From Octopus sinensis (taxonomy: Eukaryota): 64,000 bases of DNA. The DNA lies in NCBI RefSeq assembly GCF_006345805.1, contig NC_042997.1, forward strand, positions 107,632,001 to 107,696,000, in the 5' to 3' direction. The translations under genes and the position numbers were made by a program. Every line of letters starts with the position of its first letter. Position 1 is the first letter of the stretch. Below the pieces are notes generated by a model. That model was not told the origin of the DNA and made no database searches. It was given only the letters and a program-made list of their open reading frames with translations. Of this stretch, positions 1 to 11,636 are shown piece by piece.

Positions 1-2950
1 ACTGAACAGAGATTATGTGACCAAGCAAGAGCAATATGAAAGAATGAATGGTTAACAGAATTGGAGCTAGAAGCTGTTAAAAGAAAGATGATGGGTGATG
101 CTGGGCATATAAAAAACATAAGTGGTATAGTGGAAGAGATGGACAAGTGTTTGCAAGAATATGCAATCATGAAATGTAAAAGAATTGAGATCAGTGACGA
201 CCTAAACAATGAAGACCAATTGATAATAAACAGGATTTCGGATCTTTTAAGTACAGAAGGGGCAGAATTTATGTGCGACTTTAAGAATGCTAACCAATGG
301 AGACTAAATCAAAATACAAGTAAAGTTAATAATGTATTGAGACAAATTGAAACAAAGAACATCTTATTAACGAATAATCTCATCAAGGTTGCAAATAGGA
401 TTTTGGAAGAAAGGATGGGACTGAGAACTATTGAGAACAGAACATCAACGGAGAGAAGATGAAAGAAACAACATTGGTAGAAAGGGAGAATTTCCGAAGA
501 TATAAACTCCCTGAACAGTGTGGGGTCAATACTTGTCAGGAAAAGAAATGGAGAACTGAAGAATGATAGCAACTTCCAAAAAGTGAGGGACAAGCATGGT
601 GTAGATACAAAAAGCCTGAATATTGTAATTGAAGAACTGAAGCAGCGCATACACGCAAAAAAAGCAAAGCTAACCGGGTTTGAACAACAGGTTAAGCAAT
701 ACCAGCAAAACAAATTGTTTAGAACCAACCAAAAAAGATTTTATCAAGAGATTAATGATGATAAGAAACGTGAAAGATTAGTCCCTGATGCTGGTGAAAG
801 TCGACTTTATGAGGGTAAGATATGGAGTAAGCAAGAACAACATAATACTGCAGCTGAATGGCTCTGCAGCCTGAAGCAAACAGCTTCTTATCTCCAGCAA
901 GAGGCTATCCACTTCACAGAAGACAATATCAGAAATATGAGTAAAAAAATGAGCAATTGGAGAGCAGCAGAACCTGATGGTTTTGAGGGATTTTGGATCA
1001 AAAAGTTCAGTAATTGCCATAAATTGACTGCAGAGCAATTTAATGCATTGATTGATGGAGAAGAAGAAATCCTAGGTTGATAGAAAAAATGATGGATGGT
1101 ACTGTGTCTAAAGAATGCATCAAAAGGAAATACTGCTGACAATTTCTTGCCTTCCATTAATGTAAAAGTTACTGTCAGGAGGAATTGCAGAAGATAATGC
1201 AAGATTGTAAATGAAGAACAAATCTGGGAATGGCCTGGGTTGACTACTGCAAAGCTTATGATATAATTCCACTTTCATGGACCATTGAAAGCTTAAATCT
1301 GTTTGGAATTGAGAGGAATGTATTTCCTGAAGAGAAGTATGGTGGGGTGGAAAACTGAATTGACATCCTATGGAAAAAGTTTGGGCACCCTGGACACCAG
1401 AAGAGGGATTTCCCAGGGTGATAGCTTATCTCTGTTGCTTTTTGTTCTCTGCATGATCCCTCTGACCTTGGTACATAGGAAAATGAACCTGGGATATCAG
1501 CTAAAGGGAAAATCCCAAACAACCAATCACCTCCTCTTCATGGATGATTTGAAACTGTGGAAAGGATGAGGCACAAGTGAGTTCCTTGGTAAACACAGTC
1601 CCCTGTTTTAGTGCTGATATTAGAAAGGAATTTGGATCCAAGAAGTGTGGAATAATCAACCTAAAAAGAGGCAAGATACAGTTCCTAGCAGGGATAGAAT
1701 TACCAAATAGAGAACTGATTAAACAAATTGAAATGGAAGGCGACAAATACCTTGGTGTACCAGAGTTCAATGAAATAATGGAGAAGGGAATGAATGGGCA
1801 ACTGAGGATGGAATATTTCCAATGACTAAAATTAGTGTTGCACTCAAAATTGACTGGGTGGAATAAAATCCAAGCAGTTAATACATGGGCAATAGCATCA
1901 CTTTGGTATGGAGCTGGAATTATAAAATGGCAAAAGGATGAACTGATGAAAATGGATACAAAGACAAGAAAAATGTGGACAGTGCATGGAACCTTCCACT
2001 CCAAAAGTGACCCTGATATGCTGTACTTGTCCAGAAGAAAGGGTGGGAGAGGTTTGATCAGTTACCAGGATTGTATCAAAGCAGAGGAAAACAATACCAT
2101 AGAACCATCGTTGAAAAATGCAAAGAAGGCTGGTGTCATCAAAGCTGAGAATTGTATAATGAAAGAAAAATTCACAGAGGGAAAGAACACAAAATAAGAA
2201 TCAGTATGGAAGGGGAAAAAATGTACAGTCAGTTTGCAAGAGTTACAAACACCAAGACAGATACAGAAGACCAATGGCTATGGATGTGGAGGAGTGAACT
2301 GAAGATAGAGACAGAAGCTCAGCAACTAAGTGAAGTGCAGAAGAGACAACACTATTGACAGCAACAAATGCAGAATGAGGGGGTGAAATGGTGTGGTACA
2401 TCATGAGCAAATGCCTGAAATTGGCACAACATGAATACAAAAGACAACACGACAATATGACAAGAATAATCCATTGGGGAGCTCTGTGGAAATAACAGCC
2501 GACAAAGAGCAAAGAAATAATATGAGAAAACCTGAGAGGAGTCACAGAGAATGAAAATTGCAAAATCCAGTGAAAAGAAAAGGAAAGAACATGCATGATA
2601 ATCAACATAGCATGTCTTGGTGACAACAGAATCAAAGAGAAAGAAGAAGAAAATTAAAAGAACTATAATGATTTGAAGGGGGAAAATAGGAAGGTTGTGG
2701 TCAATGAAGAGAGTAGGAGTGGTACCAATAGCAATTGGTGCACTTGGAAGTATCAGCACTCAACTACCAGCATGACTGAAAAAGACTGGTAAAGGTAGAA
2801 CACCTACAAAAATCAGCATTGCTTAAAACTGCAAGAATTCTTTGCAGGGTTCTTGAAGCATGACCAGTAAACAAGTGTCACTTTAGTCTACTGGCTGTGA
2901 ACAGCTGACATTTGCCATAAAACCTGGCAAAATAAGCTGTGAGTTTTCAT
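1..2950 (+). mobile_element. R4/Dong-clade (RLE) non-LTR retrotransposon, near full-length, heavily degenerate (copy A)
   Basis: Starts in the Dong-type N-terminal segment TEQRLCDQARAI*KNEWLTELELEAVKR. RT motifs RRGISQGDSLSLLLF and HLLFMDDLKL are in ORF 1303-1569. Post-RT segment NKIQAVNTWAIASLWYGAG...LYLSRRKGGRGL. Relic RHD motif (RQHDN..IIHWELCG) and C-terminal VVPIAIGALGS. Many stops and frameshifts. Confidence 0.85.
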
Positions 2951-2976
2951 ATAGTAATAATAACAATAAAAAAAAA

Positions 2977-3377
2977 CATAGAAGCTATCGTAGACTCTCA
3001 ACACTACATACTATCCAGAAAATGGCGCTGCTAGGAACAGCTCCCATCCCACACAAGACGCTATCAGTTCAATCATACAACTCAAATGAAACAATCCACA
3101 AAAACAAGACAAACTCTGTACAGTAAATATTCAATGAAATAAACACCCACCATATCATGTCCTCTACAGGCCGGATATGCAACAGAACAACACAACTCAC
3201 ATTACACACAATACAAACACTAAAACAACAAAAAACTGTAACCAGACACCATAAAAAGACAAACTGATGCAATACAATGCTGGGAAAAGTTTGTACTCCC
3301 CTAAAAACAACAACAAAACCATTCACGCTGTTACACACATTCCAACAATACGGTGGTGTTGCAGAAATTTGCCTGAA
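2977..3377 (+). mobile_element. R4/Dong-type LINE 3' fragment (copy B, different family)
   Basis: Encodes the C-terminal motif TIQKMALLGTAPIPHKTLSVQ, followed by a 3' UTR ending in a (TAA)n tract. Bounded by TAA-rich tracts on both sides. Confidence 0.65.
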
Positions 3378-3430
3378 TAACAATAATAATAATAATGATG
3401 ATGATGATGATTGTAATAATAATAATAATA

Positions 3431-4941
3431 AATACCTAGGAATAAATGAAGGCTCTGGTATCCAGCATGCAAGCATGAAAGAGAAGGTTAGGAAGGAATA
3501 TTATAGAAGAGTTTGAGCAGTCCTGAAGTCTGAGCTGAATGCATATGATAAGGTGTTAGCCATAAATTCCTTAGCAGTCCCAGTTGTTCTTTATAGCTTC
3601 AATGTGCTTAACTGGAATACCAGTGAAATAATGAAAATTGACAGAAAAGTCCGCAAGCTACTGACTTGTAATAAGATGCACAATCCAAAGGCAGACGTGG
3701 ATCGCCTTTACCTTCCCAGAGCTCAGAGAGGTCAAGGTTTGATCCAACTTGAACTTACATACAAAACCACCACAATCGGACTGACCAAATACCTTGAAGC
3801 AACCAACGATTGGATGCTAAAACTTGTTGAAAAACATGAAAGACCAAAAAAACTTCACTCTATTCTCAAAGAGAGCAAAAAATTCGCTGCTGATCTCTTA
3901 AGATACCCACCAGATTGATCAGGCTGAAGGAAATGCACTAACTGCTGCTGCAAAGAAAATAAGATTAATTGCAAAGACAAAAGCACATGAAAAATTAGCT
4001 AGCAGATGGGAACAGAAGCCTCTCCATGGCAAGTATGTGGCCCATAGCAAACAAGCTGATGTCGACCGGAAACACACGCACCAATGGTTATGAAGCTCAG
4101 GGCTAAAAGTGGAGAGTGATGGTTTCATATTAGCTGCTCAAGACCAAAGCTTATTAACCCAGAACTACCAAGCCAATGTGATAAAAAATGGAGCTGACCC
4201 AAAATGCCGATTCTGTAACGATGAGATTGAAACAATAGACCACCTAGTCTCAGAGTGTAGAGTCTTAGCACCTGTAGAATATAAAACAAGACATGACAGA
4301 GTCGGCCAGCATTTACATTGGACAATATGTCAGCATTATAAAATCAAAACCGCTGACAAATGGTATAAACACCATCCTGAAGCTGTTACTGAGGGAGAAA
4401 ATGTGTCGATTCTATGGGACTTCCCCGTACAGACCGACAAAACTATAAAAGCTAATAAACCGGATATTATTATAAAAGATCAGACAAAAAAGATGTGTTT
4501 ATTAATTGACATGAGTATTCCTTGCGATCACAATATAGCAGCGAAAGAATTTGACAAGATTAGTAAATATAAAGACTTGCTAATAGAAATTGAAAAAATG
4601 TGGCATCTCAAAGCGACTACAGTACCAGTGATTGCAGGATCTCTAGGAATGATAAAAAAAAGGTACTGAAACCTATTTGAAAATGATTCCAGGCTTACCA
4701 TCCCTACAGGAAGTGCAAAAAATCGTATTAACTGGAATGGCTCATGTACTGAGAAGAGCACTATCGCTGTGAAAACAACATCCATCCATGAATTTATTTA
4801 TTTATTAATTTTTAAATACATATTTTACCTGTGAATTTGCGCATGTAATCTGGGAATGCATACAATGGGCTTCTCTGCCCTAGGTGTATGGAAAACACTC
4901 GGCGAGAAACGGAAGAAAATTTGAAGAAAGAGGGAAAAAAC
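3431..4941 (+). mobile_element. R4/Dong-type LINE, 5'-truncated (copy C)
   Basis: Starts at KYLG directly after a (TAA)n tract. ORFs 3553-3918 and 4109-4669 contain the CCHC knuckle CRFC...HLVSEC, RHD, and the RLE motif KPDIII...LIDMSIP...KISKYKDL. 3' UTR ends in (TAG)n/(TAA)n. Confidence 0.9.
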
Positions 4942-4945
4942 ATAA

Positions 4946-5002
<57 letters not shown>

Positions 5003-5033
5003 CAGTAGTAGTAGTAAAAATAATAATAATAAT

Positions 5034-6404
5034 AAAGGAACTCTACCGAAGGGTAACAATGGTCCTAAACTCAGAATTAAATGCTGCTAAACAGAATTAA
5101 TGTGATCAATTGTTTGGCCATTCCAGTAACCACATATAGTTTTGGTATCATTAAGTGGAGCTTCACTGACATATATGGATGGAAAGATCTGTATAATCCT
5201 TACAAGGTACCAAATGCACCATCCAAAATAAGTGGAAGAGACCTGATACAGCTCGAACAATCCTTCAAATCAGCAATAATAGGCCTTGAAAAATAAGCAT
5301 GAAGATTCCAAGCAAGCTTCAGTCATGAAGCTCAGTCAGAAGTTTTTAAAATCCTACAAGTTAACAATAAGAATGACCAAAGACACCCAAATACTGACAG
5401 ACCTACCACTGCTTCTCCTGATTTAGAAATTAACAATCAGAAAGACCAAAGAGATCCAAATGGTGACAAACCTATCACTGATGCAAAAAACATCAAACAA
5501 AAAGCAAAGAAGGCTTGCATGAATAACATGGAAGACAACTGGAAAGGCAAACCCATGCATGGAAAATACCCTAACTGCCAGTCCAAGCTAGATATTGATC
5601 AAAATCTAACACAGCAATGGCTACAAGGGACAGGTCTGAAAGGGGAAACAGAAGGTTTTGTTATTGCAGTGCAAAGGTCAGAGCTTACCTACCAGAAATT
5701 ACCTTAAAGATGGATCTGACCCCTCATGCAGAATTTGTGGAAAATTCACAGAGACAATTGATCATGTTGTTTCTAGCTGCCCAGTCCTCACTGAAAAGGA
5801 GCACCTCATAAGATATAACAGACTAGGGCAGTACATCCACTGGAATGCTTGTAAATACGACAAAATTAAACCCCATGATAAGTGGTACCGTCTTGATGGT
5901 GTAGCAAATGGCGAGGGCGTCACCATCCTTTGGATCTTCCCAATACAAACAGACAGAAAAATTTATTCCAATCGACCAGACATTGTGATCAAGGACTACA
6001 AGAGAGGAACTTGTCTGTTAATAGATATGTCAGTCCCACAAGATCAAAATGTCTCAAGAAAGGAATACGAAAAGCTTTCTCACTACAAAGATCTGCAAAT
6101 TGAAATCACAAAAATGTGGAAGCTTAGTACGATAATACCAGTTGTAATTGGTATGTTGGGAATGATAAAGAACGGAGCTGAGAAGTATATTAAGCAACTC
6201 CCTGGTAACTCCAATTTCTGTGAACTATAAAAGATAACCGTGATGGGTACAGCCCATATACTACAGAAAGCACTCTCCATCTAAAATGGAATAAATGTGG
6301 TGATAATTTTAGCATGCATAGCAAAACAAAAGTGCCCTTGATACTCTTGGCCTCCGGATGATGCTTGGTACTAAGGCAGCTGAAATAAAGTTATAATGAA
6401 AAGA

Positions 6405-6405
<1 letters not shown>
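5034..6405 (+). mobile_element. R4/Dong-type LINE, 5'-truncated (copy D)
   Basis: Starts at KELYRRV after (TAA)n. ORF 5658-6230 has CRIC...HVVSSC and RPDIVI...LIDMSVP...KLSHYKDL. Final stop near 6282-6284, then 3' UTR and (TAA)n. Confidence 0.88.
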
Positions 6406-6449
<44 letters not shown>

Positions 6450-6450
6450 C

Positions 6451-6483
<33 letters not shown>

Positions 6484-6571
6484 TAATAATAATAATAATA
6501 AATAATAATGATAATAATAATAATAAATAGTAATAATAATAGTAATAGTAATAATAATAATAGTAATAATG

Positions 6572-6613
<42 letters not shown>

Positions 6614-6659
6614 GATAATAATAATAATAATAAATGATAATAATAATAATTATAATAAA
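6406..6659. repeat. (TAA)n microsatellite
   Basis: Long imperfect TAA tract, directly visible. Confidence 0.95.
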
Positions 6660-7041
6660 CTAGCAGTATCGCCCGGCGTTGCTCAGGTTTGTAAGGGAAA
6701 TAACTATAAAGCATTTTTAGAGAGTTATAGCCAAAAAATAGCAAAAAAATGGAAAAAAAATGATGGTAAATTTTTTTGAGAGTTAAAAAAGGTGGAGTTG
6801 CGTCCCCTAGACGGTCTGTGGTTTGGGTTTCTGATTCTCGACCCCATGTCGAATTTATCGATTTTTTTCAGAACTGGGGGAACTTTTCAAAATTTTCGCT
6901 GCGTTAGTTTTGAATTATGACATTGGGCTATGTGTGTGTCAAGTTTCATCAGAATCGGTTGAAAGCCGTGGTCAGAGTGAGGGTACGAGAAAACAGACAC
7001 ACAGAAAACGCACAGACAAACTGCCGTTTATATATAGAGAG

Positions 7042-7042
<1 letters not shown>
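6660..7042 (-). mobile_element. Non-autonomous Helitron-like element inserted in (TAA)n
   Basis: On the minus strand it begins A|TCTCTCTATATATAAAC and ends with a GC hairpin (cctgagcaacgccggg), then CTAG|T. Inserted between A and T with no TSD. Confidence 0.75.
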
Positions 7043-7097
<55 letters not shown>

Positions 7098-7109
7098 TAG
7101 ATAATAATA

Positions 7110-7151
<42 letters not shown>

Positions 7152-7155
7152 TATT

Positions 7156-7199
<44 letters not shown>
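7043..7199. repeat. (TAA)n microsatellite
   Basis: Direct observation. Confidence 0.95.
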
Positions 7200-7202
<3 letters not shown>

Positions 7203-7474
7203 GGGACTGAAACCTATTTGAAAGTGATTCCAGGCCTACCATCCCTACAGGAAGTGCAAAAAATCGTATTAACTGGAACAGCTCATGTACTGAGAAGAGC
7301 ATTATCGCTGTGAAAACAATGAAAACAAATTCATGAATTTATTTATTTATTAATTTATAAATACATATTTTATTTATGAATTTGCGTGTGTAATCTGGGA
7401 ATGCATACAATGAGCTTCTCTGCCCTTGGTGTATGGAAAACACTTGGCGAAATTTGAAGAAAGAAGGAAAAAAC
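7200..7474 (+). mobile_element. R4/Dong-type LINE 3' end (copy E, same family as copy C)
   Basis: Aligns by eye with 4664-4941 (gactgaaacctatttgaaa...gaaaaaacataata). Flanked by (TAA)n. Confidence 0.9.
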
Positions 7475-7485
7475 ATAATAATAAT

Positions 7486-8370
7486 GAAAGGAAACAGGTG
7501 GAGCCTCATGGGCTGATTAATAATGATACATCTAGTGATGGTGTCCCAATAAAAACACTGGTAATTGCGCAACCTGATAATCGCTACCTCATAGGAGTGA
7601 CAATGAAAAAACAAAATATTGTAAATAACTGTGGTAATGAAACTGAAGCCAATGATGGTGACATTGTTACACCCGGTAGGCTCAGAGATTCTGGTCCGGC
7701 TCCAGCCTGTCGATATCCAGAAAGGGACCACCACACACGGCGTAGATGGAACAAGCAAATTAATGCTGTGGTCATGGAATGTTACTACCTGAGCAACCTG
7801 GTAGATGAAAATGGTGCTCAAATTTGGGGTTACCGACAATGTATGTATGATCATTGGAGAGAAAAGGGATTGATTCAACTCATGGAACAAAGACTGTGAT
7901 CAAGCAAGAGTAATAAGGAAAAATTGTTGGTTCAAAGAAGTCAAGCTCGAAGCTATCAAAAGACAGGTCATGGAAAATAGCAGCTGAGACAACAATGAAA
8001 ATACAGTTCTTACTTATAAGAGTAATCTCATAGCACAGGAAAGAAGCAGTGGGAGTTTATTTGATGAGAGACATATAGATGATCTGAAAGAAGATGATAA
8101 AACTAATGTCGACATGACAGATGAACAGATCTACGACAGAATAAAGGCAAGACTACAGGAGAACAATAGCGACATTATTTGCAACCTTAAGAAGGTTGAT
8201 CAATGGAAATTGAACCAAGAAACAAAAAATGTCAACGAAATTCTGAAATACATCAGAACTAACAACAAACAAATAATTTGATCAAGGCAGCAAGTATTGT
8301 TGTAGCATAAAACATGGGTGTTGATGTAAAGAAAAAGAAACATAATGGGAGTAAAACAGAAATGAGATCT
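7486..8370 (+). mobile_element. R4/Dong-type LINE 5' portion (copy F, 3'-truncated)
   Basis: Encodes RRRWNKQINAVVMECYYLS...GYRQCMYDHWREKGLIQLMEQRL*DQ, continuing into sequence homologous to the start of copy A. Begins immediately after (TAA)n. Confidence 0.8.
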
Positions 8371-8802
8371 TTTCAATTTCTTAATGTTATCCTGTGATGA
8401 GATTGAGATAAAAGCCCCTTTACAAGAAGCCTTGCAATATTATTTGAGAGAAAAGCAGACAAATAAAAACCTCCCAAGGTGAAAGCCAGAATATTTGATG
8501 GTTGGGAAGAACATTCATCGACCAGACACTCATTCACACTGAGCTACTTAATGAATTAGTGTGGTACTTAATGAATTAATGAAGTACATTGTACAACACA
8601 CAAATATAAAAGTGGACACCTGTGTGATCCGATCAAAACACCTGTTGAACAAACTCAAGCACCTTGAGGAACCTGACATGCTTTTGGTTCTTCTCAGATG
8701 AGAAGATTTTTGTCCTGGAGTGAAAGATGGTTCTGTGCCAGCTGCACTGAAGTCCCCACCACTATGTTGCCATTGTGACGTGAAGTGTAACATGGTACCT
8801 GC

Positions 8803-8950
8803 CCGAGGTCGACTTTGCCTTTCATTCTTACGGGGTCGATAAACTAAGTACCAGTTACACATTGGGGTTGATGTAATTGACTTAATCCATGTGTCTGTCC
8901 TTGTTTGTCCCCTCTGTGTTTAGCCCCTTGAGGGTAGTAAAGAAATAGGT
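8803..8950 (+). mobile_element. tRNA-derived SINE, 3' part
   Basis: Matches the body and tail of the fuller copies at 42733 and 50910 (gaggtcgactttgcctttcat...gtagtaaagaaatagg). Confidence 0.85.
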
Positions 8951-10084
8951 ACCTATGTTGCTACATATAAGTCACCCAAATCCATATTTATACTTAAATA
9001 AACTAGCAACAATCCTCTCTCACCAGAATTGCATCTCCCTAGAATCGTTCTCTTTGTCTTATTTCCTACTCCATTACAAATTAATTAATACAAATGTAAA
9101 CTGAGAATTAATTATTTCCTTAATCACCCCACCACCAGTTATCCTTGTCTCCTTATCTGGACCACTTTCATCCCTTAAACTTATAAAACAAAATAGAGTT
9201 AGATGAAACAAGCAACAAAATGTATCAAGACAATTATTGTTTCATTAACAGCTGTCTGTTTTTATTTGTTCCTGCATGCTTTGGTTTACAGCCCCCTTAA
9301 AAGAACATGAATATCTCAAACAGACATCACCACTTTTCACATTAAAATCTTTTGCCCCACACCAACCATTGATGGTATGCTTTTTTTTAAGCTCAGTTTT
9401 TACGATTTATATTTGTTCTTTTTTCATCTTTTCTTGCTGTAAATATCTATCAGTTCTTACTTAAAATGTAATCTGTGAGGTAATGAATGCATATGAACTT
9501 TGACAAAGAATAAGGTTTCGCTATTTTATATATCCTTTATAAGGTCATCATATCAGAAGTTTACAACGTTTGCTTTAAGATCTTGCTCTGGACTACTTTG
9601 AACATGAAAAACTTAAAATAACTTACTGGGCTGTGGTAGAGGTTCTGATTGAAAAAACTTTATGGTTCTAAGTTTAAGTACTGCCAAAGATTTCTTTGGC
9701 TTTTATCTCCATGGGAAAAAAAGCACTCAATACCCAACAAAACATTAAGGTAAGTAATCAAATTTGAGGAACTTTAGGATGGTTTGCATTTGCATAATTC
9801 ACAGGGTGCATCATCCATTTGAGAACAAAATTTTTAAGAACAAAATTTTTAAGAACAGTAAGTGACTCAAACTTCAACTAAATATCCATCCTCTTTTTTT
9901 TTTTCCTGCCCCAACACAGAAGCTTCGAATCTAACACAACTGATGAGAAGGGACATTACTCTTGTCCCCTTCGCCACCAACCAGACTGATTCAGAGATTG
10001 CAACCTTCTTAAATGTCACCGAAATCCTTCATGTTTAAGAAAAGATCTCCTGCTCTCTGGTGGTTATGTGTCTTCCATATGCAA

Positions 10085-10910
10085 AATAAAAAAAAAAAGA
10101 ATATTCTTCACAATCAGATGTTGTCAAAAAAGTTGAGTTTGTTCAGCAAGTATGGGGCATTATTGAGATTCCTAACAGGTCAATGCGAGCAGCCGTTGCC
10201 AATCATTGTGTGTCAGAGTCAATGATTCCTATGTTATGAGGAGACACCAGTTCGTACCCAATGAGATCCAGGAGAATTGTGGGATCTAGTCAAAGCACTT
10301 GCCGAACAAACTCAAGCGCCATCAAGAGCCTGATGTGCTCTGGTTTTGCTCTGATTGGAAGAAATTTGTTCAAGATCAAAAAGGCAACAGGAGGAATAAC
10401 AGATGGCTCTGTGCTAGCCTCCCTGAAGTTCCCACTGTTATGCATACCAAGTTCCCATTATTTATGGTCGTCTTGGCAGTTGTGAGCAACGAGGGCCATG
10501 TCATGTTACCTCACTTCTTCCTGCAAGTTCTTAGGGTCAATTCAGTTGCCTTCATCAAAACAATGAAGACAGTTGTCTGGCCCTGGACCATAGGAAATGC
10601 TTGGGGAGGCTGCACGTGTTCTGGCAAAACTCTGCTCTTTCAACACTGCCTGCATGTCCCAGAAGTGGCTGGCTGAAAAGTTTCATGATCATGTTACCCT
10701 TAACATTTGGCCTTCTAGCTCTCCAGATTTAACTCCCACCTCAACTTCTATATCTGAGGCATTGCTGAGAGGGAGACCAACAAGCATGGCCACCAAAGAC
10801 TCGTCGATGTCTGCTGTTGGGGACGTTATGGCCATCACAAATGAAGATCACTTGATTAACGCAGTCAATTGCTTCAGAGTCCATATCAAAGCTGGTGACT
10901 GAATTGAATG
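10085..10910 (+). mobile_element. Tc1/mariner DD37D (maT-like) transposase remnant
   Basis: ORF 10299-10676 contains WFCSDWKKFVQDQKGNRRNNRW...MHTKFP..MVVLAVVSNEGHVMLPHFF. Downstream frame has WPSSSPDLTP. The second and third catalytic Asp appear mutated. TIRs were not resolved. Confidence 0.8.
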
Positions 10911-11134
10911 GCCTTTTGCTCAGCATTTCTAAGAATATGTCTACCAAATTCTATAAAAAATATATTAGTTTTTCAAATAAATATTTTTGTTTTCCTTAAT
11001 TAAAATTTTGTCCTCAAAAAGTTGATGCATCTGTAGTAAAAGAGTCACTGTTCTGTGGGAGAATAAGTTGGAAGCCAATACCTCAAGTGTTTAACATCTT
11101 TCGCAGCCATTATTGTCCCAGTGGCACATAAAAA

Positions 11135-11455
11135 GAATGTTCAAGCATTGGGTCTCACAGAGGCAATGACAAATCACCGAGACTTTGGCAACTTGCCGGG
11201 CTTGAGACGATCCGTCAAGCCAAGTGAAATTGTAGCTGTGGCATATACTGGTGCCACGCAATCCACACCCGTGCCAGTGGCACATGAAAGCACCCATTAC
11301 ACTCTAGGAGTGGTTGGTGTTAAGGTGGGCATCCAGCCATAGGAACCATGCCAAACCAGACTGGAGTCTGGTGCAGCCCCTCAGCTTACCAGCCCTGGTC
11401 AAACCATCCCACACATGCCAGCGTGGACAACAGATGTTAAATTATGATGATAATG
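11135..11455 (+). mobile_element. RTE LINE 3' end ((GAT)n-tailed family)
   Basis: ORF end plus the family 3' UTR (gtgccagtggcacatgaaagcaccc...gtggttgg...gatgttaaattatgatgat). Confidence 0.85.
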
Positions 11456-11464
11456 ATATATATG

Positions 11465-11625
11465 TAGAGGCATGGCAGTATGGTATGATGTTTGCTTCCC
11501 AACCACATGGCTCTGGGTTCCATCCCACTGCTTGGAACATTGGGCAAGTGTCTTTTACTATAGCCTCGGGCCGACCAAGGCCTTGTGAGTGGATTTGATA
11601 AATGGAAATTGAAAGAAGCCTGTCA
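11465..11625 (+). mobile_element. tRNA-derived SINE head (second family)
   Basis: A/B-box-like head (gggttccatcccactg), followed by ggccgaccaaggccttgtgagtggattt...gaaagaagcc and (TA)n. Related copies at about 27855 and 53573. Confidence 0.75.
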
Positions 11626-11636
11626 TATATATATAT

